Shown here piece by piece: positions 35,397 to 44,351 of a stretch of DNA of 64,000 nucleotides (positions are counted from its first letter, which is position 1; every line of letters starts with the position of its first letter). The stretch is from Betaproteobacteria bacterium (GTDB taxonomy: Bacteria; Pseudomonadota; Gammaproteobacteria; Burkholderiales; Burkholderiaceae_E). Made by a program: the position numbers and the translations under genes. Where the stretch lies: positions 6,800 through 70,799 of the forward strand of contig JANLRI010000058.1 in NCBI GenBank assembly GCA_031361565.1, in the 5' to 3' direction. Below the pieces are notes generated by a model. It saw nothing but the letters and a program-made list of their open reading frames with translations. It was not told the DNA's origin and did no database searches.

Positions 35397-35834
35397 TCAG
35401 CCCAGGACTCTGCGCAGTACCACTCGGCTTTCGGTTCGAGCGGCGCCGTGGGCTTTGCACCAGCGGGTGAATCCGTCGAGGGCTTCGGGTCCGGCGCAGT
35501 CGAGCAGCATGGCGTAGTCAAATCCGCCGGTCACATATGCTGCGAACGACACGTCCGGTTGCGAAGTGAGTGCGGCTTCGAAATCTTCGGGCACTACTTC
35601 GGGCCTCAGCTGCACCTCTACAACGGCACGGAATCCTTTGCCCAGCACCGTCAGGTCCACGAGGGCTCTGTACCCGGCCAACACTCCTTCGCGTTCTAAC
35701 CGGCGCACCCGTTCGCCCACGGAGGTAGCGCTGAGGTGGACCTGATCGCCCAGTTCGCGCCAGCTAATCCTGCCGTTCAACTGGAGCGCAGCGATGATTC
35801 GTCGGTCGATTTGGTCTAATGCCGAGGATTCCAC
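35397..35834 (-). CDS. Lrp/AsnC-family transcriptional regulator
   Basis: N-terminal HTH: LDQIDRRIIAALQLNGRISWRELGDQVHLSATSVGERVRRLEREGVLAGY. The C-terminus is an RAM/ACT-like domain. The gene is divergent from ald, as in the mycobacterial aldR-ald arrangement. Confidence 0.85.
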   Translation of the reverse strand: MESSALDQIDRRIIAALQLNGRISWRELGDQVHLSATSVGERVRRLEREGVLAGYRALVDLTVLGKGFRAVVEVQLRPEVVPEDFEAALTSQPDVSFAAYVTGGFDYAMLLDCAGPEALDGFTRWCKAHGAARTESRVVLRRVLG

Positions 35835-35901
35835 GGTCTGGAGTGTACCAACCCCCCAATCTCACCGGAATACTTTGAACATTTTCCCGCACGATGGACC
35901 C

Positions 35902-37095
35902 ATGCCCACAACCGCCGCCAACACCACCATCGCTGCGAAAACCGACGCCCATTCGACTGTCACAACCACCAAACCGCTTTCCGTTGGGGTGCCTACCGAG
36001 ATCAAGTCGTCGGAGGGCAGGGTTGCCATCACTCCCGACGGTGTCCGCGAGTTGGTCTTAAAGGGCATACATGTGGCCATCCAGTCCGGGGCGGGTGCGA
36101 ATTCTTCGTTGAGCGATGGCGAATACCAAGCCGCCGGGGCCACCATCGTTCCCACCGCTGCGGATGCCTGGGCCCAAGACTTGGTGGTCAAGGTGAAGGA
36201 GCCCCAGGAATCGGAGTTCGGGTTTCTTCGCCCCGATTTGACCCTGTTCACCTATTTGCATTTGGCCGCGTACCCCAAAGTTGCCCAGGCGCTCATCAAC
36301 TCCAAATGCACCGCCATCGCCTACGAAACCGTCCAAGTGGCCAATGGATCGTTACCCCTGCTCGCCCCGATGAGTGAGATTGCCGGACGATTGGCTCCCC
36401 AAATGGGTGCCCGTTTCCTAGAGAAGACTTTTGGCGGACGGGGTGTGCTGATGGGTGGCGCCCCCGGAGTTCGTCCTGCCCGGGTCGCAGTTTTGGGTGC
36501 TGGAAACGTCGGGTGGAATGCTGCGTGGGTAGCGGCCGGGATGGGAGCCGATGTGCTGTTGTTGGACCGCAATTTGGAGCGCCTGCGTTTCATTGAGCAA
36601 ATTCAGCGCGGACGGATGACGACGATCGCTTCAAACTCGGGTGCGGTGGAGCGGGCGGTCGCCGAGGCGGATTGCGTGATTGGGGCAGTGCTGGTGGCGG
36701 GTGGCCGGGCGCCGGTAGTGGTTTCCGAAGACATGGTGCGATCGATGAAGCCAGGCGCGGTGATCGTGGATGTGGCGGTGGATCAGGGCGGTTGTATTGC
36801 CACGACCCGAGAGACTAAGCACACCGACCCCATCTACGAGCTTCACGGGGTGTTGCATTACGCGGTTGGGAATATGCCCGGGGCCGTTCCGTTTACCTCT
36901 ACCTATGCACTTACTAATGCGACGTTGCCGTATGTGGCCGCCGTCGCTCGTAGCCCACGCGGTGCTGCGTCAGCAGATCCGGCCTTGGCGGCGGGTTTCA
37001 ACTGCGTAGCTGGGGAGTACACCAATGATTCGGTCGCTGCGTCGGTTGGCGCCACTGGCATTTCACTGGGTTCTGCGTTGGCGCAGTTGGCGTGA
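35902..37095 (+). CDS. ald: Alanine dehydrogenase
   Basis: VGVPTEIKSSEGRVAITPDGVRELV...KVKEPQ...FTYLHLAA...VAVLGAGNVGWNAA...VDVAVDQGGC. The start is taken as ATG 35902. The ORF is open from 35794, but that stretch overlaps the Lrp gene start. Confidence 0.9.
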   Translation: MPTTAANTTIAAKTDAHSTVTTTKPLSVGVPTEIKSSEGRVAITPDGVRELVLKGIHVAIQSGAGANSSLSDGEYQAAGATIVPTAADAWAQDLVVKVKEPQESEFGFLRPDLTLFTYLHLAAYPKVAQALINSKCTAIAYETVQVANGSLPLLAPMSEIAGRLAPQMGARFLEKTFGGRGVLMGGAPGVRPARVAVLGAGNVGWNAAWVAAGMGADVLLLDRNLERLRFIEQIQRGRMTTIASNSGAVERAVAEADCVIGAVLVAGGRAPVVVSEDMVRSMKPGAVIVDVAVDQGGCIATTRETKHTDPIYELHGVLHYAVGNMPGAVPFTSTYALTNATLPYVAAVARSPRGAASADPALAAGFNCVAGEYTNDSVAASVGATGISLGSALAQLA

Positions 37096-37100
37096 CTGGA

Positions 37101-37131
37101 AGATTTTCCCGGCGACCCAAAGGGAAAATCT
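37101..37131 (+). terminator. Hairpin 6 nt downstream of the ald stop (10-bp perfect stem agattttccc / gggaaaatct, 11-nt loop)
   Basis: Inverted repeat read directly. The trailing sequence ttggga is only weakly U-rich. Confidence 0.45.
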
Positions 37132-37238
37132 TGGGATTAGCAAGCGCTTAGCCGCTACGAGGGTGCACCACCACCTCGGTCAAGATCGGCTTAGACACCG
37201 TTTGGGCGCCGTTTCTGGGCGTGTTCGCTTTGGCTTGA

Positions 37239-37565
37239 TTACCGGCCGGAGTTTTCGGATTGGTCATACCGAGCACGTTCGAGGGCTCGTTCTACAGATC
37301 GGTTTGAGGGTTCAGTTTGTCCGGAGGGCACGAGAATGTAGGTAAGGGGGTCGAATCGCTTCATTTGGGCGTTGGTCCCGAGGGCGAGTCCGGTGGCAAA
37401 GTCGATGATTCTCCGGCGCTCGGCTTCGTCGAAGGGCGTTACCACTACGACGATTCGCTCAGCGCGGAAGGCCATGGCAAATTCAACAGCGTCGTTGAAC
37501 ACGATGGGATGAAAAACTTTGAGGCGATCGTCGGGATCGCTTGTCCCAATCAAGGTGATCGACAT
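37239..37565 (-). CDS. sepF: Short SepF-like (DUF552) cell-division protein paralogue
   Basis: FNDAVEFAMAFRAERIVVVVTPFDEAERRRIIDFATGLALGTNAQMKRFDPLTYILVPSG follows the SepF core pattern (...RRIIDFxxGL...G...K...F.LxP). The product is only 108 aa and has no N-terminal membrane-targeting helix. Confidence 0.55.
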   Translation of the reverse strand: MSITLIGTSDPDDRLKVFHPIVFNDAVEFAMAFRAERIVVVVTPFDEAERRRIIDFATGLALGTNAQMKRFDPLTYILVPSGQTEPSNRSVERALERARYDQSENSGR

Positions 37566-37813
37566 TGCTATTAACGATACGCCACTCTCGGGATTCGTCG
37601 GTCGCTTAATGTCCCCACGGGCTTTGGCTTGCGTTCCGGATCACCTTGCCCACCGAAGCGAAGTGTGGGGATTCCTGCTTGGGCTGGGCTTCTTTTCCTA
37701 CCAACCGAACGAACGAGTTCATCGAGGGTGAACCCCAGTTTAATTTCCAATACGGATAGGTAAGTGCACGTTGTGCTTCGGGAGCGGAGTCCTGATGTGG
37801 ACGGATCAAAATT

Positions 37814-37842
37814 AAAAAAGACCCGGCACCATGAGGCACCGG
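37814..37842 (-). terminator. Intrinsic terminator on the minus strand (ccggugcc-ucau-ggugccgg, then gucuuuuuu)
   Basis: The 8-bp stem has 6 G-C and 2 G-U pairs that form only in the minus-strand RNA. On the plus strand the same positions would be C-A mismatches. A run of 6 U follows. No annotated gene ends here. Confidence 0.6.
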
Positions 37843-38131
37843 ATCTTATCAGGCTTTCAAGAACCAAATTGCCTTGGGCTCTCGTCGTGGCGCTCTGTAT
37901 TGAGGCCCAGCACTATTGTGCGGATGGCGCTCTTCGGTTGGAGAACGTGCGTGGCGTGAGCGGCGGTGCAACCTGGGAAGCAAGCCGGTTTCTTGAGGTT
38001 TTTTTAGGGTGATGCAGACTGGTAATTTCTCAAACAGCCCTCGAATTCCTCGGACAATTTGTCCTCTGAACTGATCATGTGCTTACTTTCGCCAGTCGTC
38101 AAGCCAATTTTTTTGGAAGTGATTTTAAAGC

Positions 38132-38194
38132 GATCCGTGAGTGGTTTGTAAGTGGTTCCTAAGTGATCCGTAAGTGGTTTGTAAGTGGTCTGTT
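38132..38194. repeat. 33-nt direct tandem repeat (2 copies), ~90 nt upstream of the first acyl-CoA dehydrogenase
   Basis: gatccgtgagtggtttgtaagtggttcctaagt is followed directly by gatccgtaagtggtttgtaagtggtctgtt. Confidence 0.85.
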
Positions 38195-38285
38195 GATCAT
38201 GTCTTAAGTGATTCGATGTCCAGGTCGAAGGTGCTCCGCGTACTTGGTTCGCTGTTTCCCCGCTGGTTGCGAGAGACTGTTTGGC

Positions 38286-39431
38286 GTGGCAAGACTTCAC
38301 TATCCCCCGGCAGCACTTCCGGCATCAACCGAACAGTTACGAAACGACCTTCGAGCGTTTCTCGATAAGGAAATCGCTGAGGGGTCGTTCAAGCCCCGCT
38401 GCGATACGTGGCTTTCAATGCACGATCCCGTGTTCTCGGCGAAGTTGGGCGCTGCCGGGTTTTTGGGCTTGGCGTGGTCACAGGAATATGGCGGTCACGG
38501 TCGTACTGCGCTGGATCGGTTTGTGGTGGTGGAGGAACTCTTGGCCTATGGGGCGCCGATTGCTGCGCACTGGGTGAGTGATCGCCAGAGTGGCCCGTCG
38601 ATTCTCAAGATGGGCACCGAGCAGGCCAAACGTGAGTTGATTCCGGCCATGGTCGCGGGCGAATCGTTTTTCTCTATCGGCATGAGTGAGCCTGATGCGG
38701 GTTCTGATTTGGCCAACATTCGTTGCACGGCCACCAAGACCGAGGGCGGCTGGTTGCTAAACGGCACCAAGGTATGGACGAGCCAAGCCCATAACAATCA
38801 TTTCTTCATCGTGTTGGTGCGCACGCAACCCCAGTCGGAGGCGGGCGGCAAGCATCGCGGTATGAGCCAGTTCGTGATGAGTCTTCGCGGGCCTGGCGTT
38901 GACATTCGGCCAATTCGTTTACTGAGCGGGCATCATCATTTCAATGAAGTGGTGATGACGGATGTGTTCGTACCTGAGCATTTTCTGCTGGGCACCGAGG
39001 GCAACGGGTGGGAGCAAGTTCTGGGCGAGTTGGCCTTTGAGCGTTCTGGCCCTGAGCGTTATCTGTCGACGTATCCACTCCTCGTTGCGCTCATTGATGC
39101 AGTTGGTCCAAATCCGAGTGATGAAGCTGCTGCACAAATTGGGATGTTAGTAAGCAGGCTTACTGCATTGCGACGGCTTTGTATCGCGGTTGCTATCTCA
39201 CTTGATTCTGGCGGAACACCAATTACTGAAGCGGCGTTGGTAAAGGATATGGGTACACGTTTGGAATCTGAGATTGGTGAAGTGGCACGACAGTTGGTGC
39301 CGCCCGGTCGCCATAGCGCTTTCGATGAGTTGGTCGCCGACGCAATTCTTTCCGCTCCTGGGTACACGCTTCGTGGTGGCACCAATGAGATTCTTCGCGG
39401 CATCGTCGCCCGTGCGCTTGGGGTGCGCTAA
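38286..39431 (+). CDS. Acyl-CoA dehydrogenase (catalytic-type subunit)
   Basis: EQLRNDLRAFLDKE..., GFLGLAWSQEYGGHG, FFSIGMSEPDAGSD, and C-terminal YTLRGGTNEILRGIVARAL with the catalytic-Glu context. The start is taken as GTG 38286 (MARLHYPPAALPASTEQ). The ORF is open from 38208. Confidence 0.8.
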   Translation: MARLHYPPAALPASTEQLRNDLRAFLDKEIAEGSFKPRCDTWLSMHDPVFSAKLGAAGFLGLAWSQEYGGHGRTALDRFVVVEELLAYGAPIAAHWVSDRQSGPSILKMGTEQAKRELIPAMVAGESFFSIGMSEPDAGSDLANIRCTATKTEGGWLLNGTKVWTSQAHNNHFFIVLVRTQPQSEAGGKHRGMSQFVMSLRGPGVDIRPIRLLSGHHHFNEVVMTDVFVPEHFLLGTEGNGWEQVLGELAFERSGPERYLSTYPLLVALIDAVGPNPSDEAAAQIGMLVSRLTALRRLCIAVAISLDSGGTPITEAALVKDMGTRLESEIGEVARQLVPPGRHSAFDELVADAILSAPGYTLRGGTNEILRGIVARALGVR

Positions 39432-39433
39432 CC

Positions 39434-40576
39434 ATGAGTACTTCATCACCTTCTTCGGTTCCGTCCTCACAACTTGCTCTGCGCGCAGATGAACTTTTAG
39501 TTGAGACTATCGACGGTCTGTTTGCCGATAACTGCACCCCGGAGCGATTAGCTGCAGCTGAGGCCGCCGACGGATTTGATTCGGCCCTTTGGTCGTTGTT
39601 AACGGAGAACGGCTTAACCCGTGTTGGGCTTCCGGAGTCCATTGATGGCAGCGGCGGAACATTGCATGATGCCATCGCCATCGTGCGAGCCAGTGGCTTT
39701 CATGCGGCTCCCGTGCCAATTGCTGATTCGATCGCTGCCGCGTTTGTGTGCGCAGGTGCAGGATTGCCGATTCCTAGCGGGGCGTTGGCCTTTGCCATTC
39801 TCGACGGTCCAGCGTCTGGCGCATCTCACGGCAGCAATGCGTCTCACGGCGGCAGTAGGTCTGATGGTGGCAGTAGGTCTGATGGTGGCTATGTTCGTGT
39901 GCCGTGGGGTGGCGCCGCCGAGCACCTGATTGCCGTTTCTGCCGACGGTGTTGGCACGGTTGCGGTCACTCCTGAAATCATCGTTGGTAGGGGCCATAAC
40001 TATGCGGGCGAGCCATGGATTGATGTGTCTTCCGCGGTGTTTGCCTCGCCTAATCGAATCGTAAGTGAGCATGTGACCCCGCAGCCCACACGGGCCACGG
40101 CCGCCTTGTTTCGCAGTGCAGCGTTAGCCGGTGCTTTGGATCGCACAGTGGAGTTGAGCATCCAATACGCCAATGAACGTGAGCAGTTCGGCAAGCCGAT
40201 CGGCAAGTTCCAAATCCTCCAGCACTACCTATCGGAAATGGCGGGCGAATCCGCAGCTACCGGCGCAGCCGTCGACAACGCGGTTGATGTCATCAGTGCC
40301 CATAGGGGACTTGAGGAAGCTGTTTTGGCCAGTGCTGCTGCGAAGGCTTATGCCGGTCGTGCGGTAGCTACTGTTACTCGCCTTGCTCACCAACTCCATG
40401 GGGCAATTGGTTATACGGATGAGCACCGTCTGCAGTTCTGGACGCGTCGGCTATGGGCATGGCGCGATGAGTTCGGAAGCGAATCGGAATGGGCCGCAGT
40501 GTTGGGTCGATCCGTTGCTGCTTCCGGTGGGGCTGCGCTGTGGCCCCGCATCACCTCCTGGCCCCCAGCCCGATAG
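39434..40576 (+). CDS. Acyl-CoA dehydrogenase-family protein, probable non-catalytic partner subunit
   Basis: It starts 2 nt after the preceding ACAD stop. ACAD-like middle and C-terminal domains are present (YANEREQFGKPIGKFQILQHYLSEMA), but there is no xGGTxEI catalytic-Glu motif near the C-terminus. It contains the low-complexity insert GASHGSNASHGGSRSDGGSRSDGG (18-nt duplications at 39821-39892). Confidence 0.7.
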   Translation: MSTSSPSSVPSSQLALRADELLVETIDGLFADNCTPERLAAAEAADGFDSALWSLLTENGLTRVGLPESIDGSGGTLHDAIAIVRASGFHAAPVPIADSIAAAFVCAGAGLPIPSGALAFAILDGPASGASHGSNASHGGSRSDGGSRSDGGYVRVPWGGAAEHLIAVSADGVGTVAVTPEIIVGRGHNYAGEPWIDVSSAVFASPNRIVSEHVTPQPTRATAALFRSAALAGALDRTVELSIQYANEREQFGKPIGKFQILQHYLSEMAGESAATGAAVDNAVDVISAHRGLEEAVLASAAAKAYAGRAVATVTRLAHQLHGAIGYTDEHRLQFWTRRLWAWRDEFGSESEWAAVLGRSVAASGGAALWPRITSWPPAR

Positions 40577-40808
40577 GACACAGCGCTCGGCCGATTAAAC
40601 GAAACGTCCGCGCTCATTGCGAATCCCCTCAATGGCCGAGCCAATCCACCGGCATCGAGCTGGTGAACTTATAAGAAGCTTCGGATGTCTTTGGGGAAAG
40701 CTCACCGACCGAAACCGATGGAGCAATTGAACCAAAGGGGTATGACAAAAAACAAGGACTATCTACCACCCCAACAATTCGTCGGTCCAAGAAACGGCCA
40801 ACAGGCAA

Positions 40809-42521
40809 CTACCGGAAGGGTACGTTCAATACTTTCCAGCCCGACGACAAGGCCTCAGCTTGTTGCAGAACCGTCTGTACGGCTACGTCCTGCAGGTCAG
40901 GTGGATAGCCATACTTGCGCAGGATCCGTTTCACTAACACCCGCATGCGGGCCCTGGCAGATTCTCGGTGCGCCCAGTCGACGGTCACGTTTTCGCGCAG
41001 ACTAACCAAGAGTTCGTGGGCGATTACCCGGAGTTGCTCATCGCCCATGGCTTCAACGGCGCTGTTGTTTTCGGCGAGTGCATCGTAGAAGGCAATCTCT
41101 TCATCGGAGAGCCCGGTCTCTTCACCGCGGAGACGTGCCGCTCGAATGTCTTTGGCGATCTGGATGAGTTCTTGAATGACTTGGGCAGTGGTAATGGCAT
41201 TGGCGTGATAGCGGGCGACGGCTTCTTCGAGACGGTCGGAGAACAGTTTGGTTTGCACCACATTGGATTTGCTGCGAGATCGTATTCCGTCATTAATAAG
41301 CTTACATAATGCTTCCAACGCCAGGTTCTTGTGATCCATCTGCGCAACTTCAGCCAGAAATTCGTCGGACAGAATGGAAATATCGGGGCTGTTGATTCCC
41401 GCGGCTTTGAGAATGTCGATGATCTCGGTGGATACTACGGCCCGGCTCACGATTTGTTGAATGGCTAGATCGCGTTCGTATTGCTTCACTCCCGAACCGG
41501 TGGCGCTTTTCTCCAGTGCTGCTCCAATGGCCTGGAAGAATCCAACTTCCTCACGAATCTCCCGAGCTTCATCCGATGCCGAGGCAAGAGCGAACGCTTT
41601 CGATAGGGCCAGCACACCGTCGCGGTATCGGCGATGCGCGTTCTTCTTACTCTCTTTCGTGGTCTCCTTGGCGGCAAGCTGTTGCTGAAGATTGAGGATC
41701 CACTCAATGGCCCCAGCCATCATGGAAAGGCGGTCACTCGGCCCACCTGCTAACGCCGTTGCGTAATTGAAGCCGTGATACATATCTCTCACTACTTCAT
41801 ACTTCTCCAGCAGCACTGCCACGGCCACGGATTCATCGATCGCCGTGTTTTCGTTGTCGGATTTTGAATACTGCGAGAGTGCCGATTTGAGATTCTGGGC
41901 GATGCCGATGTAGTCAACGATAAGGCCCGCCGGTTTATCCTTAAAGACGCGGTTTACTCGGGCAATGGCTTGCATTAACCCGTGGCCACGCATTGGTTTG
42001 TCCACATACATTGTGTGCAAGCTCGGGGCATTAAATCCGGTGAGCCACATATCCCGCACGATCACCAACTTGAGCGGGTCTCGGGGATCACGGGCACGTT
42101 TCGCCATAAGATCCCTGCGCGATTTGGAACCCACGTGGGGCTGCCAATCTTGCGGGTCGCTGGCCGAGCCGGTCATGACCACTTTGATTGCGCCGCCGTT
42201 GTCATCGTCGGAGTGCCATTCGGGCCTCAGCGCCACAATCTCCTTGTAAAGCTTCACGCAAATTCGACGGCTCATACACACAACCATGGCTTTGCCTTCA
42301 ACAGCGACAACCCGGTCTTCGAAGTGCTGCACCAGATCCTCAGCGACCAACCGAAGGCGTTTATCGCTACCTACCAAGGCTTCAACCGTCGACATTTTCT
42401 GTTTGCTTTTCTCGGTGGTTGCCTCGTCTTCGTTTTCGAGCAGCGCTTCCACTTCAGCATCAATCAGCGGCCGTTCATGGTCATCAAGTTCGATGCGTGC
42501 CAAGCGGGAGACCGACGTCAC
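40809..42521 (-). pseudogene. hsdR: Type I restriction enzyme R subunit, C-terminal fragment only (helicase C-lobe + DUF3387-like tail)
   Basis: It contains [43 protein letters not shown] (helicase motifs V/VI) and the C-terminal ...[17 protein letters not shown]...RENVTVDW...[11 protein letters not shown]. The nuclease domain and helicase motifs I-III (~450 aa) are absent. The ORF abuts a DUF1016 fragment. Confidence 0.8.
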
Positions 42522-42527
42522 ACCCGG

Positions 42528-43034
42528 TCAGTGTTTGGCGAATATATAGACACATTCCCGTGGCTTGGGGTCGACCTGAACGGTCAAATCGTTGCTGGTC
42601 GGCGGGTTGAGAATCCGTTGAAAGGTTGAGGTGCTGATCGCCCTTTCAAGCTCCCTTGTACTCAGCCCCCGCTCGGCAACTTTCCGTATGTAGAACTCTC
42701 GTGCCTCGCGTCCGTCGACCCGCATAATGATCCGCCAGTTGGACCAACTCAATTCGCTACGCGCCGCGTAGCGAATTCCGTTTTCGGGGAAGGTTAGGTA
42801 GAACTGCCGGAAATTCCGAAGATTAGCGACCGAAACGCCCTTGCCAAAGTCGTCACCCAGAGCGCGCGCCAGGTTCTGAATCAGCTGGGTGCCATACTCT
42901 GCTCGCTCCAATCCCTGTTGTTCTTCCTCAACTATCCGCTGTCCCACTTCCAATACACTTCCACCACGAGGAGGTTGGGAGCGGATACGCCTTGTGTCGC
43001 GCTCGAAGCAGAATCTCACGGATCTCCTCCACAA
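42528..43034 (-). pseudogene. DUF1016/YhcG-family fragment (N-terminal helical domain only; PD-(D/E)xK nuclease domain missing)
   Basis: GQRIVEEEQQGLERAEYGTQLIQNLARALGDDFGKGVSVANLRNFRQFYLTFP matches the DUF1016 N-terminal pattern. The ORF stops after ~168 aa, where the hsdR fragment begins. Confidence 0.6.
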
Positions 43035-43169
43035 ACGGGATAGCCAAACCTTCAGAGCCCACAGCTCAACCTTCCTTGTTTGACATTTGACCCCTCGACT
43101 TCACCTGAGAAAGCTACCTGAACACCGGCCTCGAAGGCGGCCGACGATCGCTAGTCGCTCGCAGTTTTC

Positions 43170-43448
43170 TCAATCGCTCGTTGGCTTGGTGAGGCTAATT
43201 TGGCGATTCCAGAACTTGAGGGTTCCGTCGTCATCAATTTTCTGTTCAGCGTAAAGACCTCGAATCACTGACCTCAGATGCCTCGAGCGTGCCTTTCCCA
43301 GCATTTCCCCGTAAACATCCGTGATCCTATCGATCGGTCGAAACGGACCGGCGATAAGAAGATCGAGCAGGTGCTGGCGAAGGTAGGTCTCAGAAAGCCG
43401 CCGTGAGGGCCGCCGCCGTGTCTTTTCGGTCCGGCTCTGCTTCTTCAA
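43170..43448 (-). CDS. Hypothetical 92-aa ORF overlapping the TcmP 3' end by 59 nt; possibly a frame-shifted C-terminal winged-helix-like extension of TcmP
   Basis: The ORF is in another frame from TcmP. The segment ETYLRQHLLDLLIAGPFRPIDRITDVYGEMLGKARSRHLRSVIRGLYAEQKI looks wHTH-like, which is weak evidence. No convincing independent RBS was seen. Confidence 0.3.
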   Translation of the reverse strand: MKKQSRTEKTRRRPSRRLSETYLRQHLLDLLIAGPFRPIDRITDVYGEMLGKARSRHLRSVIRGLYAEQKIDDDGTLKFWNRQISLTKPTSD

Positions 43449-44343
43449 ACAGCGCCAGCACGCCGGTGCGTTCTTGCCTCAGCAAGTTGGCCTCGTAGTC
43501 TTCGTTGCTGCAATGGTGAAGCCAATCCTCGTAAGCGTTTGAAGCCTGATCAACAAACTCCCAATGAGCTTCGGCGTTTGAACTGAACAGCATCAAAAGG
43601 TATTTGGGCGCATGATTAGGTTGCTGGCGAACCTGTATCGAGGTGTAGCGCTTGCTTGTGGCCGCATGTAAGGCCTCTCCGAATCGAATGGCCAATTCTA
43701 TTGCTGCGCCAGTGGATTCCCCTCGCCCCTTCTCCCCTTCGAAGAGATCTCGCCATGGCACCGGCCCAAGCGCTCGATCAACCAGTTCGGCGTTCTTAGC
43801 CGAGGTGGCACCATCAGTAACGGCGGCACGCGCCATCCGGGCAACCGTCAACAGGCTGAAGTGGTATAGAACATCGATCGGCTGTGATGGCGACGATGAC
43901 CTCAATACCTTCAGGAGCGATTCGTAACTGATTCCTAGTCCGAAAGGGTCCACAAAGAGAAACACCGCGTGACGTTGGTACCGCTCCAACAGTGCACCGA
44001 CGAGATCCTCAAATTTGCCCTGCAAAACCTGATCCGCTTCGACCTGAAGCTCTGCGAGAGCGGCCCTCAACTGAGCCACCCTGTTCGCATCGAACTCCAC
44101 GAAGGCAAGTTTGACGTTCCGCTTAAACATCGCAGCTCGCTGAGCTTGCGATGCAAGCAGCAAAGGCGAGCCAGGGCTTTCATCTTCGTATCGCCCTTGA
44201 CCCGCGTAACCATCGATGAAGGCCACGTTCCCGGTGACCTTGCCGGCCCTCCCGGCGAAGTACTTAGCGTAGCGGGTGAGAATGCCGTGCTTGAGGACCG
44301 CCTGAGAATTTCGCCGTTCAAAAAAATCTTCGTTCGCCGCCAC
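43390..44343 (-). CDS. tcmP: Three-Cys-motif partner protein TcmP family (TIGR04474-like)
   Basis: AVLKHGILTRYAKYFAGRAGK...VAFIDGYAGQGRYEDESPGSPLLLA...VKLAFVEFD...VFLFVDPFGLGISYESL follows the pattern I recall for TcmP (K..iL..Y, iD.fAG.G, GSPl.A, f.DPFG). It starts 8 nt after the DUF5131 stop. Confidence 0.65.
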   Translation of the reverse strand: MAANEDFFERRNSQAVLKHGILTRYAKYFAGRAGKVTGNVAFIDGYAGQGRYEDESPGSPLLLASQAQRAAMFKRNVKLAFVEFDANRVAQLRAALAELQVEADQVLQGKFEDLVGALLERYQRHAVFLFVDPFGLGISYESLLKVLRSSSPSQPIDVLYHFSLLTVARMARAAVTDGATSAKNAELVDRALGPVPWRDLFEGEKGRGESTGAAIELAIRFGEALHAATSKRYTSIQVRQQPNHAPKYLLMLFSSNAEAHWEFVDQASNAYEDWLHHCSNEDYEANLLRQERTGVLALFEEAEPDRKDTAAALTAAF

Positions 44344-44351
44344 GGAATCCT

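Noticed and set aside
33910-35521. Long N-terminal extensions of track ORFs: the potD-like ORF to 34047 and the potA-like ORF to 35521. The same applies to ald from 35794, the GGDEF-EAL gene from 53779 and the EamA gene from 51633.
   Set aside because: The extensions overlap neighbouring genes or consist of repeat-array translations. Internal ATGs with RBS-like sequences give N-termini that match family expectations (Tat/lipobox signal, the ABC ATPase start, and ...GVPTEIK for Ald).
37566-37800. Possible riboswitch (ydaO/c-di-AMP-like) in the 5' leader of the sepF-like gene.
   Set aside because: Only vague resemblance (GGGGAC, CCGA-type words). I cannot reconstruct the pseudo-two-fold architecture from memory. 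An Infernal scan is needed.
37850-38010. Identity of the putative minus-strand RNA as SRP (4.5S) RNA or 6S RNA.
   Set aside because: The plus-strand stretch ccugggaagcaagcc superficially recalls the SRP GGAA-tetraloop/AGCA region, but the flanking helix does not pair. The terminator orientation points to the opposite strand. No consensus elements of 6S, tmRNA or RNase P could be recognised by eye.
38004-38300. A 98-aa minus-strand ORF (contains TTYKPLTDHLGTTYKPLTDRF).
   Set aside because: Its repeat is simply the translation of the 33-nt intergenic tandem repeat. It has no RBS, atypical composition and no recognisable domain.
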